From Bacillota bacterium (GTDB lineage: Bacteria > Bacillota > Clostridia > Caldicoprobacterales > DTU083), in contig DAINCI010000016.1 of the NCBI GenBank assembly GCA_036732425.1, forward strand, positions 2,599-26,598: 24,000 bases of DNA. Direction: 5' to 3'. The position numbers were made by a program, and so were the translations under genes. Within the stretch, counting starts at the first letter, position 1. Each line of letters begins with the position of its first letter. A model generated the notes under the pieces. It searched no databases. It had not been told where the DNA came from and saw only the letters and a list, made by a program, of their open reading frames with translations. Shown here one piece after another: positions 8,518 through 19,274 of the stretch.

Positions 8518-9161
8518 CAATGATGAGAAGCCGGTTTGACGAGCAGTTAACTGCCCTGAACAACAGTATGATAGAGATGGGCGCCATGATTGAACATGCC
8601 ATCTCCGGTGCGACCAAAGCCCTTGTGGAGCAGGATGCGGCCCTTGCCGATGAAATTCGTGACAACGATGGGATCATTGATGAGAAGGAAAGGGAGATCG
8701 AAAGTCAGTGCATGAAGCTTCTGATCAGTCAGCAGCCTGTGGCGCGGGATTTACGGCAGATTTCTGCTGCGCTGAAGATGATTACCGATATGGAACGCAT
8801 CGGGGATCAGGCAGCGGATATCTCTGAAATCTGCGGTTATCTCGCGGGGCAAACCTATATCAAGAAGCTGGAACACATCTCACAGATGGCCAACGCGACC
8901 ATTGAGATGGTTACCGGCAGCATTGATGCCTATGTCCGGAAAGATCTGGACCTCGCCAGATCGATTATTGACTACGATGATGTGGTGGATGATCTTTTTG
9001 TACAGATCAAGCGGGATCTGATCGTTTTGGTCCATGAGGACGCGGGAAACGGAGAGCAGGCATTTGATCTGATGCAGATTGCAAAATATTACGAACGCAT
9101 TGGGGATCATGCCACCAATATTGCTGAGTGGGTTATTTATTCCCTGACCGGTAAACATTAA
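8514..9161 (+). CDS. phoU: phosphate signalling regulator PhoU
   Basis: Two PhoU repeats with [11 protein letters not shown] and [15 protein letters not shown] overlap with pstB. Confidence 0.9.
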   Translation: MTMMRSRFDEQLTALNNSMIEMGAMIEHAISGATKALVEQDAALADEIRDNDGIIDEKEREIESQCMKLLISQQPVARDLRQISAALKMITDMERIGDQAADISEICGYLAGQTYIKKLEHISQMANATIEMVTGSIDAYVRKDLDLARSIIDYDDVVDDLFVQIKRDLIVLVHEDAGNGEQAFDLMQIAKYYERIGDHATNIAEWVIYSLTGKH

Positions 9162-9212
9162 TAAAAAAAAAGGCAAAGGGAACGGGGATCAAAAAGGCGG
9201 GAAGGATAAGGA

Positions 9213-9920
9213 ATGCAGGGAAAAATGCAGGAAGGGAACGCGGTGCAGAATATTTTCGTGGTGGAAGATGACGACAGTATACGTGAAATGATGATCTATA
9301 CGCTTCATGCAGCAGGGTTTGAAGCTGCCGGATTTGCAGTGGGGGATGACATTTTTCCTGCACTGGAAAGGGAAGTACCCGCTCTTATTTTGTTGGACAT
9401 TATGCTGCCCGGCAGCGACGGCCTCCGCATTTTGAAAAGGATTCGCCGAACCGAAAAATACAGGAACATTCCGGTGATCATGCTGACCGCCAAAGGCAGT
9501 GAAATGGACCGCATCAGAGGCCTGGACCTGGGTGCGGATGATTACATTACCAAGCCCTTTTCCGTTATGGAAGCCCTCGCGCGTGTGAAGGCAGTACTCC
9601 GCAGATATCAGGCAGGGAAAAGCGATCCGGAGGGATGGCAGGTCGGCTCCATCCGGTTAAGCGCCGACAGGCGCATTGTAAAGGTGGGAGACAGGGAAAT
9701 CCCCCTTACCTATAAGGAATTTGAACTGCTGCAGTATATGATGAGGAACGAAGGCATTGTGCTGAGCCGTGACAGACTGCTGGAGCAGGTCTGGGGCTTC
9801 GATTACAACGGGGAAAGCCGTACGGTGGATATGCATATCCGCTCGCTTCGCCAAAAGCTGGGGGAAGCCGGGGATGCCATAAAAACCGTACGCAATGTGG
9901 GATATAAGATTGGAGGATAG
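9213..9920 (+). CDS. phoP: OmpR-family response regulator (PhoP/PhoB-type)
   Basis: The receiver domain has VVEDDD...LILLDIMLPG...MLTAKG. The winged-helix C-terminus has RTVDMHIRSLRQKL...VRNVGYKI. SD GGGAAGGA lies 6 nt upstream. The PhoP assignment comes from context only. Confidence 0.8.
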   Translation: MQGKMQEGNAVQNIFVVEDDDSIREMMIYTLHAAGFEAAGFAVGDDIFPALEREVPALILLDIMLPGSDGLRILKRIRRTEKYRNIPVIMLTAKGSEMDRIRGLDLGADDYITKPFSVMEALARVKAVLRRYQAGKSDPEGWQVGSIRLSADRRIVKVGDREIPLTYKEFELLQYMMRNEGIVLSRDRLLEQVWGFDYNGESRTVDMHIRSLRQKLGEAGDAIKTVRNVGYKIGG

Positions 9921-9924
9921 GGAT

Positions 9925-11565
9925 TTGAGGAAACGAATATTCCGGCAGATGGCGGGACTGGTGACTCTTGGGATTCTGCTTGTCTCTGTGGTGCTTTGTA
10001 TCCTTTTCTATCATCGGCTGGCTTCCCAGGCCCGTACCGATTTGCAGGAACGTGCGCAGATGTTTGAAGAGGATGATTCCGGGAGGGCTCTTCGTTATCT
10101 CAGGCAGGTCCGGCCTGAGGATATGCGTGTGAGTCTGATCTCGCAGGACGGCGCGGTTTTATTTGACAATATGGTCCGCTCCGGAAATCTGGGGGATCAC
10201 CTGGATCGGGAAGAGATAGAAGAAGCGTTGTCCATGGGTCACGGGGAGAGCCGCCGTTTTTCCGACACTCTGGGAACGGAGACCTATTATTATGCCGTCC
10301 GGCTGTCGGATGATTCTGTTCTCCGAACCGCGAAGACCATTCACAGTATCGGCGGCATGTTTGCCGATATTCTGCCGGGAACCGCTGCAGTTGTCCTGCT
10401 GTTTATCCTCATTGGATATTTTGCGTCCAGGCGGCTTGCCCAAAGGGTGGTGGAGCCGATCAACCAGGTGGATCTGTCCGGAGATCCGCCGGACGTTCCC
10501 TATGACGAACTGGCCCCCTTTGTCAGGACAATTACGGAGTACCGGAGTCAAATCGAGCAGAGCAGCGAACAGCTCAAAAAGCGGACGGATACGATTCAGG
10601 CCATCATGAATCAAATGGAGGAAGGTGTGGTGCTGTTTGATCTGCGTGGGACCATCCTTTCGGTAAACAAAAGCGCTGCGCGCATTTTTCATACAGACAG
10701 CACAGCGGAAGGCAAAAATGCTTTGGAACTGCTGCGGGATCTGGAGTTTTCCGGGAAGTTCAGACAGGCTTTGCAGGGCCATCGGGGGGAGATGATCCTG
10801 AAAAAAGAGGGAAAGGAATACCGCGTGCTGATCAGCCCGGTATCGCACATTGGGGTGGCGGTTTTCTTTCTGAACATCACAGAAAAGTCTCAGGCGGAGA
10901 AAATGCGCAGGGAATTTTCTGCGAATGTTTCCCATGAACTCAGGACACCATTGACCAGTATCTATGGAAACGCAGAGATGCTGAGCGCCGGCATGGTACG
11001 GGAAGAAGACAAGCCCCTGTTTTATGGCAAAATCATGGATGAAGCCTCCCGGCTCATTACCCTGATCGAAGACATCATGATGCTTTCCAGGCTGGATGAG
11101 GGAAAGCCCGGGGAATTTCATGAACAGGTGGATCTTGCGGAAGTGGCATCCGAATGTGTGGATGCCCTGAAGCAAAAAGCCATCGGGCATCAGGTAGCTG
11201 TGGAGGTAACCGGCTCCGGCATCATGGCAGCGAACCGTGCTTTGATCTATGAAATGCTCTATAACCTGATTGACAACGGAATAAAATACAATAAGGCCGG
11301 CGGCTGTGTTGCGGTTCGCATCTGCCAGTCAAAAAAGGACACGGTTTTAACCGTGTCCGATACCGGCATCGGGATTTCCGATAAGGATCAGGAGCGGATT
11401 TTCGAACGGTTTTACCGTGCGGATAAATCCCGCTCGAAAAAATCCGGAGGGACGGGCCTGGGGCTGGCCATAGTAAAGCATATTGTTCTGGCCCATGGAG
11501 GCAGGATAGAAGTATCCGGCAGGCCAGGCGAAGGAACCCGGTTTGAGATCGTCTTTCCGGGCTGA
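9925..11565 (+). CDS. phoR: sensor histidine kinase (PhoR-type)
   Basis: I prefer the TTG at 9925 (SD GGAGGA 7 nt upstream, just after the regulator stop) over the ATG at 9895, which overlaps phoP. Two TM segments flank an extracytoplasmic domain, followed by a PAS-like region. H-box is FSANVSHELRTPLTSI and the ATPase motifs are DNGIKYN and GGTGLGLAIVKH. Confidence 0.8.
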   Translation: MRKRIFRQMAGLVTLGILLVSVVLCILFYHRLASQARTDLQERAQMFEEDDSGRALRYLRQVRPEDMRVSLISQDGAVLFDNMVRSGNLGDHLDREEIEEALSMGHGESRRFSDTLGTETYYYAVRLSDDSVLRTAKTIHSIGGMFADILPGTAAVVLLFILIGYFASRRLAQRVVEPINQVDLSGDPPDVPYDELAPFVRTITEYRSQIEQSSEQLKKRTDTIQAIMNQMEEGVVLFDLRGTILSVNKSAARIFHTDSTAEGKNALELLRDLEFSGKFRQALQGHRGEMILKKEGKEYRVLISPVSHIGVAVFFLNITEKSQAEKMRREFSANVSHELRTPLTSIYGNAEMLSAGMVREEDKPLFYGKIMDEASRLITLIEDIMMLSRLDEGKPGEFHEQVDLAEVASECVDALKQKAIGHQVAVEVTGSGIMAANRALIYEMLYNLIDNGIKYNKAGGCVAVRICQSKKDTVLTVSDTGIGISDKDQERIFERFYRADKSRSKKSGGTGLGLAIVKHIVLAHGGRIEVSGRPGEGTRFEIVFPG

Positions 11566-11569
11566 TGGG

Positions 11570-14249
<2,680 letters not shown>

Positions 14250-14263
<14 letters not shown>

Positions 14264-15785
14264 TGTCTTCCTCCCGGTCCGGAATCTGCGGCTCCTTGAA
14301 TTCCTTCACCGCATCCTTTATTTTTTCCTCCAGTTCCGGCGAGATCTGTTCGGTCTCCCGGATTTCCTCTATAATGAAAGGCTTCCTTGTTTTCACAAAG
14401 TTCAGAAAATCCCTCTGGAACTCCCGGATATGCCGGATGTTCACATCCATCAGATATCCGTGAATCAGCACATACAGGATCAAAACCTGGTATTCCACGG
14501 GCATGGGCCGGTATTGTGGCTGCTTGAGGATTTCCATAATGCGTTCTCCCTGATTCAGGCGATCCATCGTGTCCTTGCTTAAATCCGATCCAAACTGTGC
14601 AAAGGCTGCCAGTTCCCGATACTGGGCAAAATTAATGCGCAGAGGTCCGGCGATTTCCTTCATGGCACGAATCTGGGCAGAACCGCCTACGCGGGAGACG
14701 GAGAACCCGGGATTGATCGCAGGACGGACTCCGTTGTTGAAGAGTTCGGTTTCCAGATAAATCTGTCCGTCCGTAATGGAGATGACATTGGTGGGAATGT
14801 AGGCAGAAATATCGCCTTCCTGTGTTTCCACAATGGGCAGAGCCGTCATCGAACCTCCGCCATAGTCATCGCTCATGCAGGCTGCGCGTTCCAGCAGCCG
14901 GGAGTGCAGGTAAAACACATCTCCGGGATAGGCCTCCCGTCCCGGCGGCCGTCGCAGCAGCAGACTGATGGTGCGGTAAGCCACAGCATGCTTGGACAGA
15001 TCATCGTATACCACCAGTACGTCTTTGCCCTGTTTCATCCATGCCTCTCCGATGGTACAGCCGGCATAGGGGGCGAGATACTGCAGGGAAGCCGGATCGC
15101 TGGCAGTGGAAACCACTACGGTGGTGTAGGCCATTGCGCCGGTTTCGGTCAGCAGATTAATAATACGTGCCACTGTGGACGCCTTCTGACCGATGGCTAC
15201 ATAGACGCACAGCACTCCCGTATCCTTCTGGTTCAGGATCGTATCCATGCAGATGGCTGTTTTCCCGGTCTGACGGTCTCCGATAATCAATTCCCGCTGG
15301 CCCCGTCCGATGGGAACCATGGCATCAATGGCACGTATGCCCGTCTGCAGGGGAACATCCACCTCTTTGCGCATAATCACACTGGGTGCCATGCTCTCCA
15401 CATTGCGGTAATCATCAGCTGTAATGGGCCCTTTGTCATCAATCGGCTGCCCCAGGGCATTGACCACACGTCCAAGCATGGCATCTCCCACAGGGATCTG
15501 GGCCATTCTGCCGGTTCGCCGGACAGGGTCCCCGGCCTTTATACCTGCATCGGGGCCCAGAAGCACAGCCCCGATGCTGTTCTCATCCAGATTCAGGGCC
15601 ATGCCGTATATCCTGCCGGGGAGCTTCAGCAGCTCCCCGCTCATTGCGTTCTGCAGTCCGTAAACATGGGCAATCCCGTCTCCGACCTCCACGACACTGC
15701 CCGCTTCTGAGACATCCGGTGTGGAGGGGAATGCCTGAATCTGTTCCTTTACTGCGTTGCCGATTTTATCAAATTTTCCAGTCAC
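14250..15785 (-). CDS. atpA: F1 ATP synthase subunit alpha
   Basis: P-loop [13 protein letters not shown] start overlaps the atpH stop (GTGA). Confidence 0.97.
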
Positions 15786-16321
15786 TCCGTACCCTCCTTC
15801 AATAAACTTTCCTTCAGATTGGTCAGCTGGGCTCTCAGTGAGCAGTCCATCAGACGTCCGTCCATGTGAATGCGGAATCCTCCGAGAAGGGAGGGATCCA
15901 CCGTGGGCAGGATTTCCACCTGTTTCCCCGATTTATGTGCCAGGGTTTTGCGCAGAGTATTAATCTGCCCATCGCTGAGCGGAGCGGCGGAAATCACACT
16001 GGCCACCACTTTCCCGCTGTACCGGTTTCCCATCTCCAGATAGGAGAGAAGCGCCGGGACAATCATTGCCCCATGGCCCTTCTGCAGGATGCGATACAGG
16101 AATCCCAGCAAATCGTCTGAGACGTTATCGGCAAACAAACGCTCCAGAAGTTGCTGCTTGGCATTTTCGGAAAAGTGGGGAGCTTCCAGAAAGCTCTTGT
16201 ATTCTTCCTTTTGCAGGCTGTCCAGTATAAAAGTTACCTGTTCCGTATGCTCTGCCAACTTTTCCTGTGCCCGGGAGAGCTCAAAAAGCTCGTTGGCATA
16301 GCTGTCTTTCAGTTCAGCCAT
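15782..16321 (-). CDS. atpH: F1 ATP synthase subunit delta (OSCP)
   Basis: Position between atpF and atpA, 179 aa, and the C-terminus [26 protein letters not shown] is typical of delta. Confidence 0.85.
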   Translation of the reverse strand: MAELKDSYANELFELSRAQEKLAEHTEQVTFILDSLQKEEYKSFLEAPHFSENAKQQLLERLFADNVSDDLLGFLYRILQKGHGAMIVPALLSYLEMGNRYSGKVVASVISAAPLSDGQINTLRKTLAHKSGKQVEILPTVDPSLLGGFRIHMDGRLMDCSLRAQLTNLKESLLKEGTE

Positions 16322-16875
16322 GGTGTCTCCTCCAACTGGGCGACTGCCTCATCAAAGAGCTTGTTCTGTGTATCGCGGTTCATGGATTGCTCTATGAATT
16401 TTTCAGCCATCAGGACAGCCGCTTCAATGATATACTGTCTTGTTTCCTTATCCAGATCTTTTCTTTCCATTGCAATGCTTTTCTCGGCCTGCTGCCGGAT
16501 GGCATCGGCATCTTTTCTGGAAGCATCAAGGAGCCTCCTGGTGTCTTCCTCCGCAGAAGCCCTGGCTTCCTCCAGAACTTTCGCGCGTTCCTGATCGATT
16601 TCTTTCAGCTTTTTTTCATATTCCGCTTTCAGCTGCTCCGCCTGAGCTTGCTTTTCCCGGGCCTCATCAAACTGACCGCTGATTTTTTCCCTGCGTTTCT
16701 GCAGAAAGGACCGAACCGGTTTATACAGCAGATAGCCCAGAACGACTGCCAGGAGAATGACGTTCAGCAGCTGAATGCCGGTACTGATCAGCGTTTGCTT
16801 ATCCAGTGCGAATACGCGTCCTTCCGGTACGCTCTTTAAAAAAACTATGGATGGTTGTAAAATGAATGGTTTCAA
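16309..16875 (-). CDS. atpF: Fo ATP synthase subunit b
   Basis: I prefer the TTG at 16875 (strong SD GGAGAAGGGAGG 9 nt upstream) over the ATG at 16950, which has no SD. One N-terminal TM (LLNVILLAVVLGYLLYKPV) is followed by a long charged helix. Confidence 0.8.
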   Translation of the reverse strand: MKPFILQPSIVFLKSVPEGRVFALDKQTLISTGIQLLNVILLAVVLGYLLYKPVRSFLQKRREKISGQFDEAREKQAQAEQLKAEYEKKLKEIDQERAKVLEEARASAEEDTRRLLDASRKDADAIRQQAEKSIAMERKDLDKETRQYIIEAAVLMAEKFIEQSMNRDTQNKLFDEAVAQLEETPWLN

Positions 16876-16957
16876 ATAGAAAAGCCTCCCTTCTCCTTCT
16901 TTGAAAAAACTGTTGACAAGAAGCAGACGACTGATTGGTTGCCGGACCACATAAGCT

Positions 16958-17236
16958 TTATCCGCCTATATGGCTTAGATATATGTTTACCAGAGGATTG
17001 GCAAACAACATGATAATGGCAATCAAAAGTCCGTATATTCCCGAAGTCTCTGCCATACCAAGACCGACAAACATGGTCGTGCGGATGGAATCTGCTGCTT
17101 CGGGCTGCCGGGCAATGGATTCAATGGCAGCAACTGTAATTTTTGCGTCTCCAAATGTTGTGCCGATACCGTTCAGTAGTGCAATGGCCGCAGCAAAGTG
17201 GGCACATGCAATAATAAATGCTAAAGGATCCTGCAT
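16958..17236 (-). CDS. atpE: Fo ATP synthase subunit c
   Basis: Two-helix hairpin with the ARQPEA loop and carboxylate motif GMAETSGIYGLLIA. SD GAAGGAGG upstream. Confidence 0.92.
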   Translation of the reverse strand: MQDPLAFIIACAHFAAAIALLNGIGTTFGDAKITVAAIESIARQPEAADSIRTTMFVGLGMAETSGIYGLLIAIIMLFANPLVNIYLSHIGG

Positions 17237-17327
17237 AGATTGTTCCTCCTTCTAATTTTCCATCGTTGATATCTGTTTACATTCAACATTGTTTGTAATC
17301 GTCACATTACAAAAGTTCCGTTCTGCT

Positions 17328-18008
17328 TCAGCCGTCTGCTGCCCCTTTAATAAACGTGAGGCTCAGGATGCAGAAAATATACGTCTGCAGGGCGCCCATA
17401 ATGACATCAAAGTAGATGTGCAGCGGAATCGGGATAATGATACGTAAAAAGATTGGCGCCAGGGAATAAAGCAGCGTTAAGAGAATCATCCCCCCCAGTA
17501 CATTGCCGAAAAGACGAAAACTCATGGATATGGGATTCGCTATTTCATTGATGATATTCAACGGTAAAAATATGGGGTTGGGTTCAATGAAACTCTTTAA
17601 GTATTTTCCCTTTCGGCACCGGAAGCCCATTCCCAGCGTAAGGATAAAAGTAGCCAGGGCAAGAGCAAAGGTAGTGGCCCAGTCCGCAGTAGGCGGTCTT
17701 ACCCCCAACATACCTATCAGACTGCATGAAAGGATAAATAGAAAGATGGTAAAAATCCAGGGATCAAGACCCATCAGCTTGTCTCCGCCGGTCGTGTGCA
17801 CAAAATTCTGGAAAAACTCAACAACCGCTTCGGCTGCATTCTGCACTCCTTTTGGAACATCTTCCATTTTGCGTAACTTAATCCGCAAAAAAACGGCAAG
17901 AATGATCAATACCGCCATAACAATCCAGGTATTGAAAATGGTCCGGGTGATCCATATCTCAGTGCCACCTATTGTGATGACCCATAGATTATCAATATTA
18001 AAGTCCAG
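17328..18008 (-). CDS. atpB: Fo ATP synthase subunit a, probable non-canonical CTG start
   Basis: SFRLFGNVLGG contains the conserved stator Arg. A conserved-looking N-terminus (DFNIDNLWVITIGGTEIWITRTIFNTWIVMAV) lies upstream of the first ATG at 17918. The frame is closed by a TGA at 18017-18015. SD AAAGGAGGTGA lies 9 nt upstream of the CTG at 18008. Confidence 0.8.
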   Translation of the reverse strand: MDFNIDNLWVITIGGTEIWITRTIFNTWIVMAVLIILAVFLRIKLRKMEDVPKGVQNAAEAVVEFFQNFVHTTGGDKLMGLDPWIFTIFLFILSCSLIGMLGVRPPTADWATTFALALATFILTLGMGFRCRKGKYLKSFIEPNPIFLPLNIINEIANPISMSFRLFGNVLGGMILLTLLYSLAPIFLRIIIPIPLHIYFDVIMGALQTYIFCILSLTFIKGAADG

Positions 18009-18050
18009 GAGAAGTCACCTCCTTTCTGTCCCAGTGCTTCGGAACCGGCA

Positions 18051-18452
18051 TCAGTTCTTCGGAGAATCCGGAACGTTTGAGGAGTCCGAAGCGTGGGGAG
18101 AATATTTTAAAACATACATCGATATCGGATAAGCAAAGATTCCGGCTGCCACACCCCATAGGCTGATGGCAGGAACAACGGCACCCAGAACCAGCACGCC
18201 TGCGGTAAGAACCAGCCGCAGTATATGCTGAAGGGTGATGTAGCTTCCCGCCTTTTTTTTCTCCATGGCAATGGCCTTGTCCACAGCCCGGTCCAGCAGA
18301 AGAACCTTTCCGGCGCTGACTGCCGTGCCCAGCAAAGCTCCCAATGCGAAAGGCAGAAAGGAGAACGAGCGGTAATAAAGGGCCGCTGCTGCTACAAACA
18401 CGAACAGCAATATACATAGAGTCTTCATCGTCTTTTTCGCAATGGCAGACAT
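18051..18452 (-). CDS. atpI: ATP synthase subunit I (AtpI)-like membrane protein
   Basis: Small four-helix hydrophobic protein immediately upstream of atpB. I prefer the ATG at 18452 (SD GGAAAGGTG) over the start at 18500. Confidence 0.7.
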   Translation of the reverse strand: MSAIAKKTMKTLCILLFVFVAAAALYYRSFSFLPFALGALLGTAVSAGKVLLLDRAVDKAIAMEKKKAGSYITLQHILRLVLTAGVLVLGAVVPAISLWGVAAGIFAYPISMYVLKYSPHASDSSNVPDSPKN

Positions 18453-18477
18453 TTTCACACACCTTTCCAAACTCTGA

Positions 18478-18693
18478 TCATTTTCCATTTGCCAAATCAA
18501 AAAAGGATTTCAATGCAGCGCCCACCCCCAAAAGGGAAAACACCAGCAGAAGCCAGGGGGTCGTTCTGAGACGACTGTCCAGAAATTTGCCCAGAAAAAC
18601 GCCCACAAATACACAGGAGATCATGGTGACCCCGATTTGTGAGAGAAAGGACACAGCACGATGAAGACTTTTGTTCGGTTGCTTATCCTTCAA
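18478..18693 (-). CDS. AtpZ/AtpI-family small membrane protein, first gene of the atp operon
   Basis: 71 aa with two TM segments (IGVTMISCVFVGVFLGKFLD and WLLLVFSLLGVGAAL). TTG start with SD AAAGGGG 9 nt upstream. Position matches AtpZ-like genes. Confidence 0.65.
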   Translation of the reverse strand: MKDKQPNKSLHRAVSFLSQIGVTMISCVFVGVFLGKFLDSRLRTTPWLLLVFSLLGVGAALKSFFDLANGK

Positions 18694-18713
18694 AAATTTG
18701 ACCCCTTTCCCTA

Positions 18714-18754
18714 CAGTTTAAGATGCTTACACAACAGTTTAAATGCTTACACAA
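18714..18754. repeat. tandem 21 + 20 bp direct repeat in the atp leader
   Basis: CAGTTTAAGATGCTTACACAA (18714-18734) is followed directly by CAGTTTAAATGCTTACACAA (18735-18754). The two differ by a single 1-nt indel. Confidence 0.85.
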
Positions 18755-18793
18755 AAAGCGGGGTGCAAACGATAGTCCCGATCGTCTCACCCC
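18751..18793 (-). terminator. intrinsic-terminator-like hairpin inside the atp operon leader
   Basis: Minus strand reads GGGGTG-AG-ACGAT, loop CGGGACT, ATCGT-TTG-CACCCC, followed by GCTTTTTGT. It lies about 60 nt upstream of the atpZ-like start. Confidence 0.55.
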
Positions 18794-18888
18794 ATTCAGC
18801 AAAGGACGTTACGATATACATGTACTGTTCCGTGTTCAACGCAAAGGGACATTCAAAACACAATGTGTATGCTTCAATTACATTATTT

Positions 18889-18917
18889 ATATTACCATAA
18901 AAGTCAGATCATTTCAA
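18889..18917 (-). promoter_or_regulatory. candidate sigmaA promoter for the atp leader/operon
   Basis: Minus strand reads TTGAAA (18917-18912), a 17-nt spacer, then TAATAT (18894-18889). Confidence 0.45.
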
Positions 18918-19056
18918 GGAATATTTAGAAAATTTAGATTAAAGGCAATACTCAGAATATATATTTTTGAAAACACGGGGCAAATATCCGTTTCTAATAA
19001 TTTTTAGAAAATCGGGGTTCCGGCCAATATGTAAAGTTATCAGGTACTATTTTTTG

Positions 19057-19085
19057 TTGAGATTGGGCGGGGACTGTGGTAAAAT
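19057..19085 (+). promoter_or_regulatory. sigmaA promoter for the tRNA-Ser locus
   Basis: TTGAGA, a 17-nt spacer, then TAAAAT, about 15 nt upstream of the first tRNA-like sequence. Confidence 0.6.
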
Positions 19086-19099
19086 AAGCGTGTGGATAT

Positions 19100-19142
19100 G
19101 GAGAGGTATCGAAGTGGTCATAACGGGGCTGACTCGAAATCA
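19100..19142 (+). pseudogene. 5' half of a tRNA-Ser(CGA) gene (acceptor 5' strand, D arm, anticodon stem-loop), 3' half missing
   Basis: GGAGAGG-TA-TCG-AAGTGGTCATAA-CGG-G-GCTGA-CTCGAAA-TCA has the same D arm and anticodon loop as the intact tRNA 36 nt downstream. The acceptor and anticodon stems differ. No T arm or CCTCTCC acceptor 3' strand follows. Confidence 0.6.
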
Positions 19143-19177
19143 TGTTACTTGCTTCGAAAACTGAATAATTATTAAAT

Positions 19178-19266
19178 GGAAGCGTATCGAAGTGGTCATA
19201 ACGAGCCGCACTCGAAATGCGGTAGTCCGCAAGGGCTCGTGGGTTCGAATCCCACCGCTTCCGCCA
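19178..19266 (+). tRNA. tRNA-Ser (anticodon CGA), class II with long variable arm, encoded CCA
   Basis: Hand-folded cloverleaf. Acceptor GGAAGCG/CGCTTCC, D stem TCG/CGA, anticodon stem CCGCA/TGCGG with loop CT-CGA-AA. Variable arm AGTCC-GCAA-GGGCT, T arm GTGGG-TTCGAAT-CCCAC, then G-CCA. Confidence 0.9.
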
Positions 19267-19274
19267 ACAACAAT

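Noticed and set aside
16876-16950. ATG 16950 start for atpF, giving a 213-aa b subunit
   Set aside because: It has no SD, lies only 8 nt after the atpE stop, and adds 25 non-b-like residues. The TTG at 16875 is preceded by GGAGAAGGGAGG at ideal spacing.
17998-18462. 154-aa minus-strand ORF overlapping atpI in another frame
   Set aside because: Its composition is Cys/Gly/Ser/Arg-rich with no membrane helices and no SD. The overlapping atpI frame is hydrophobic and in operon register.
18715-18743. Second atp promoter built from the tandem repeat (TTTAAA-17-TAAACT on the minus strand)
   Set aside because: Both hexamers match the consensus at only 4/6. The predicted start would fall inside the SD of the first gene, leaving almost no leader. 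It cannot be excluded and is mentioned in the leader finding.
18661-19164. Small plus-strand ORFs (79, 94 and 65 aa) in the atp/tRNA intergenic region
   Set aside because: The region is an AT-rich promoter/leader region. There are no SDs, and the ORFs run through the promoter, the terminator hairpin and the tRNA half-gene.
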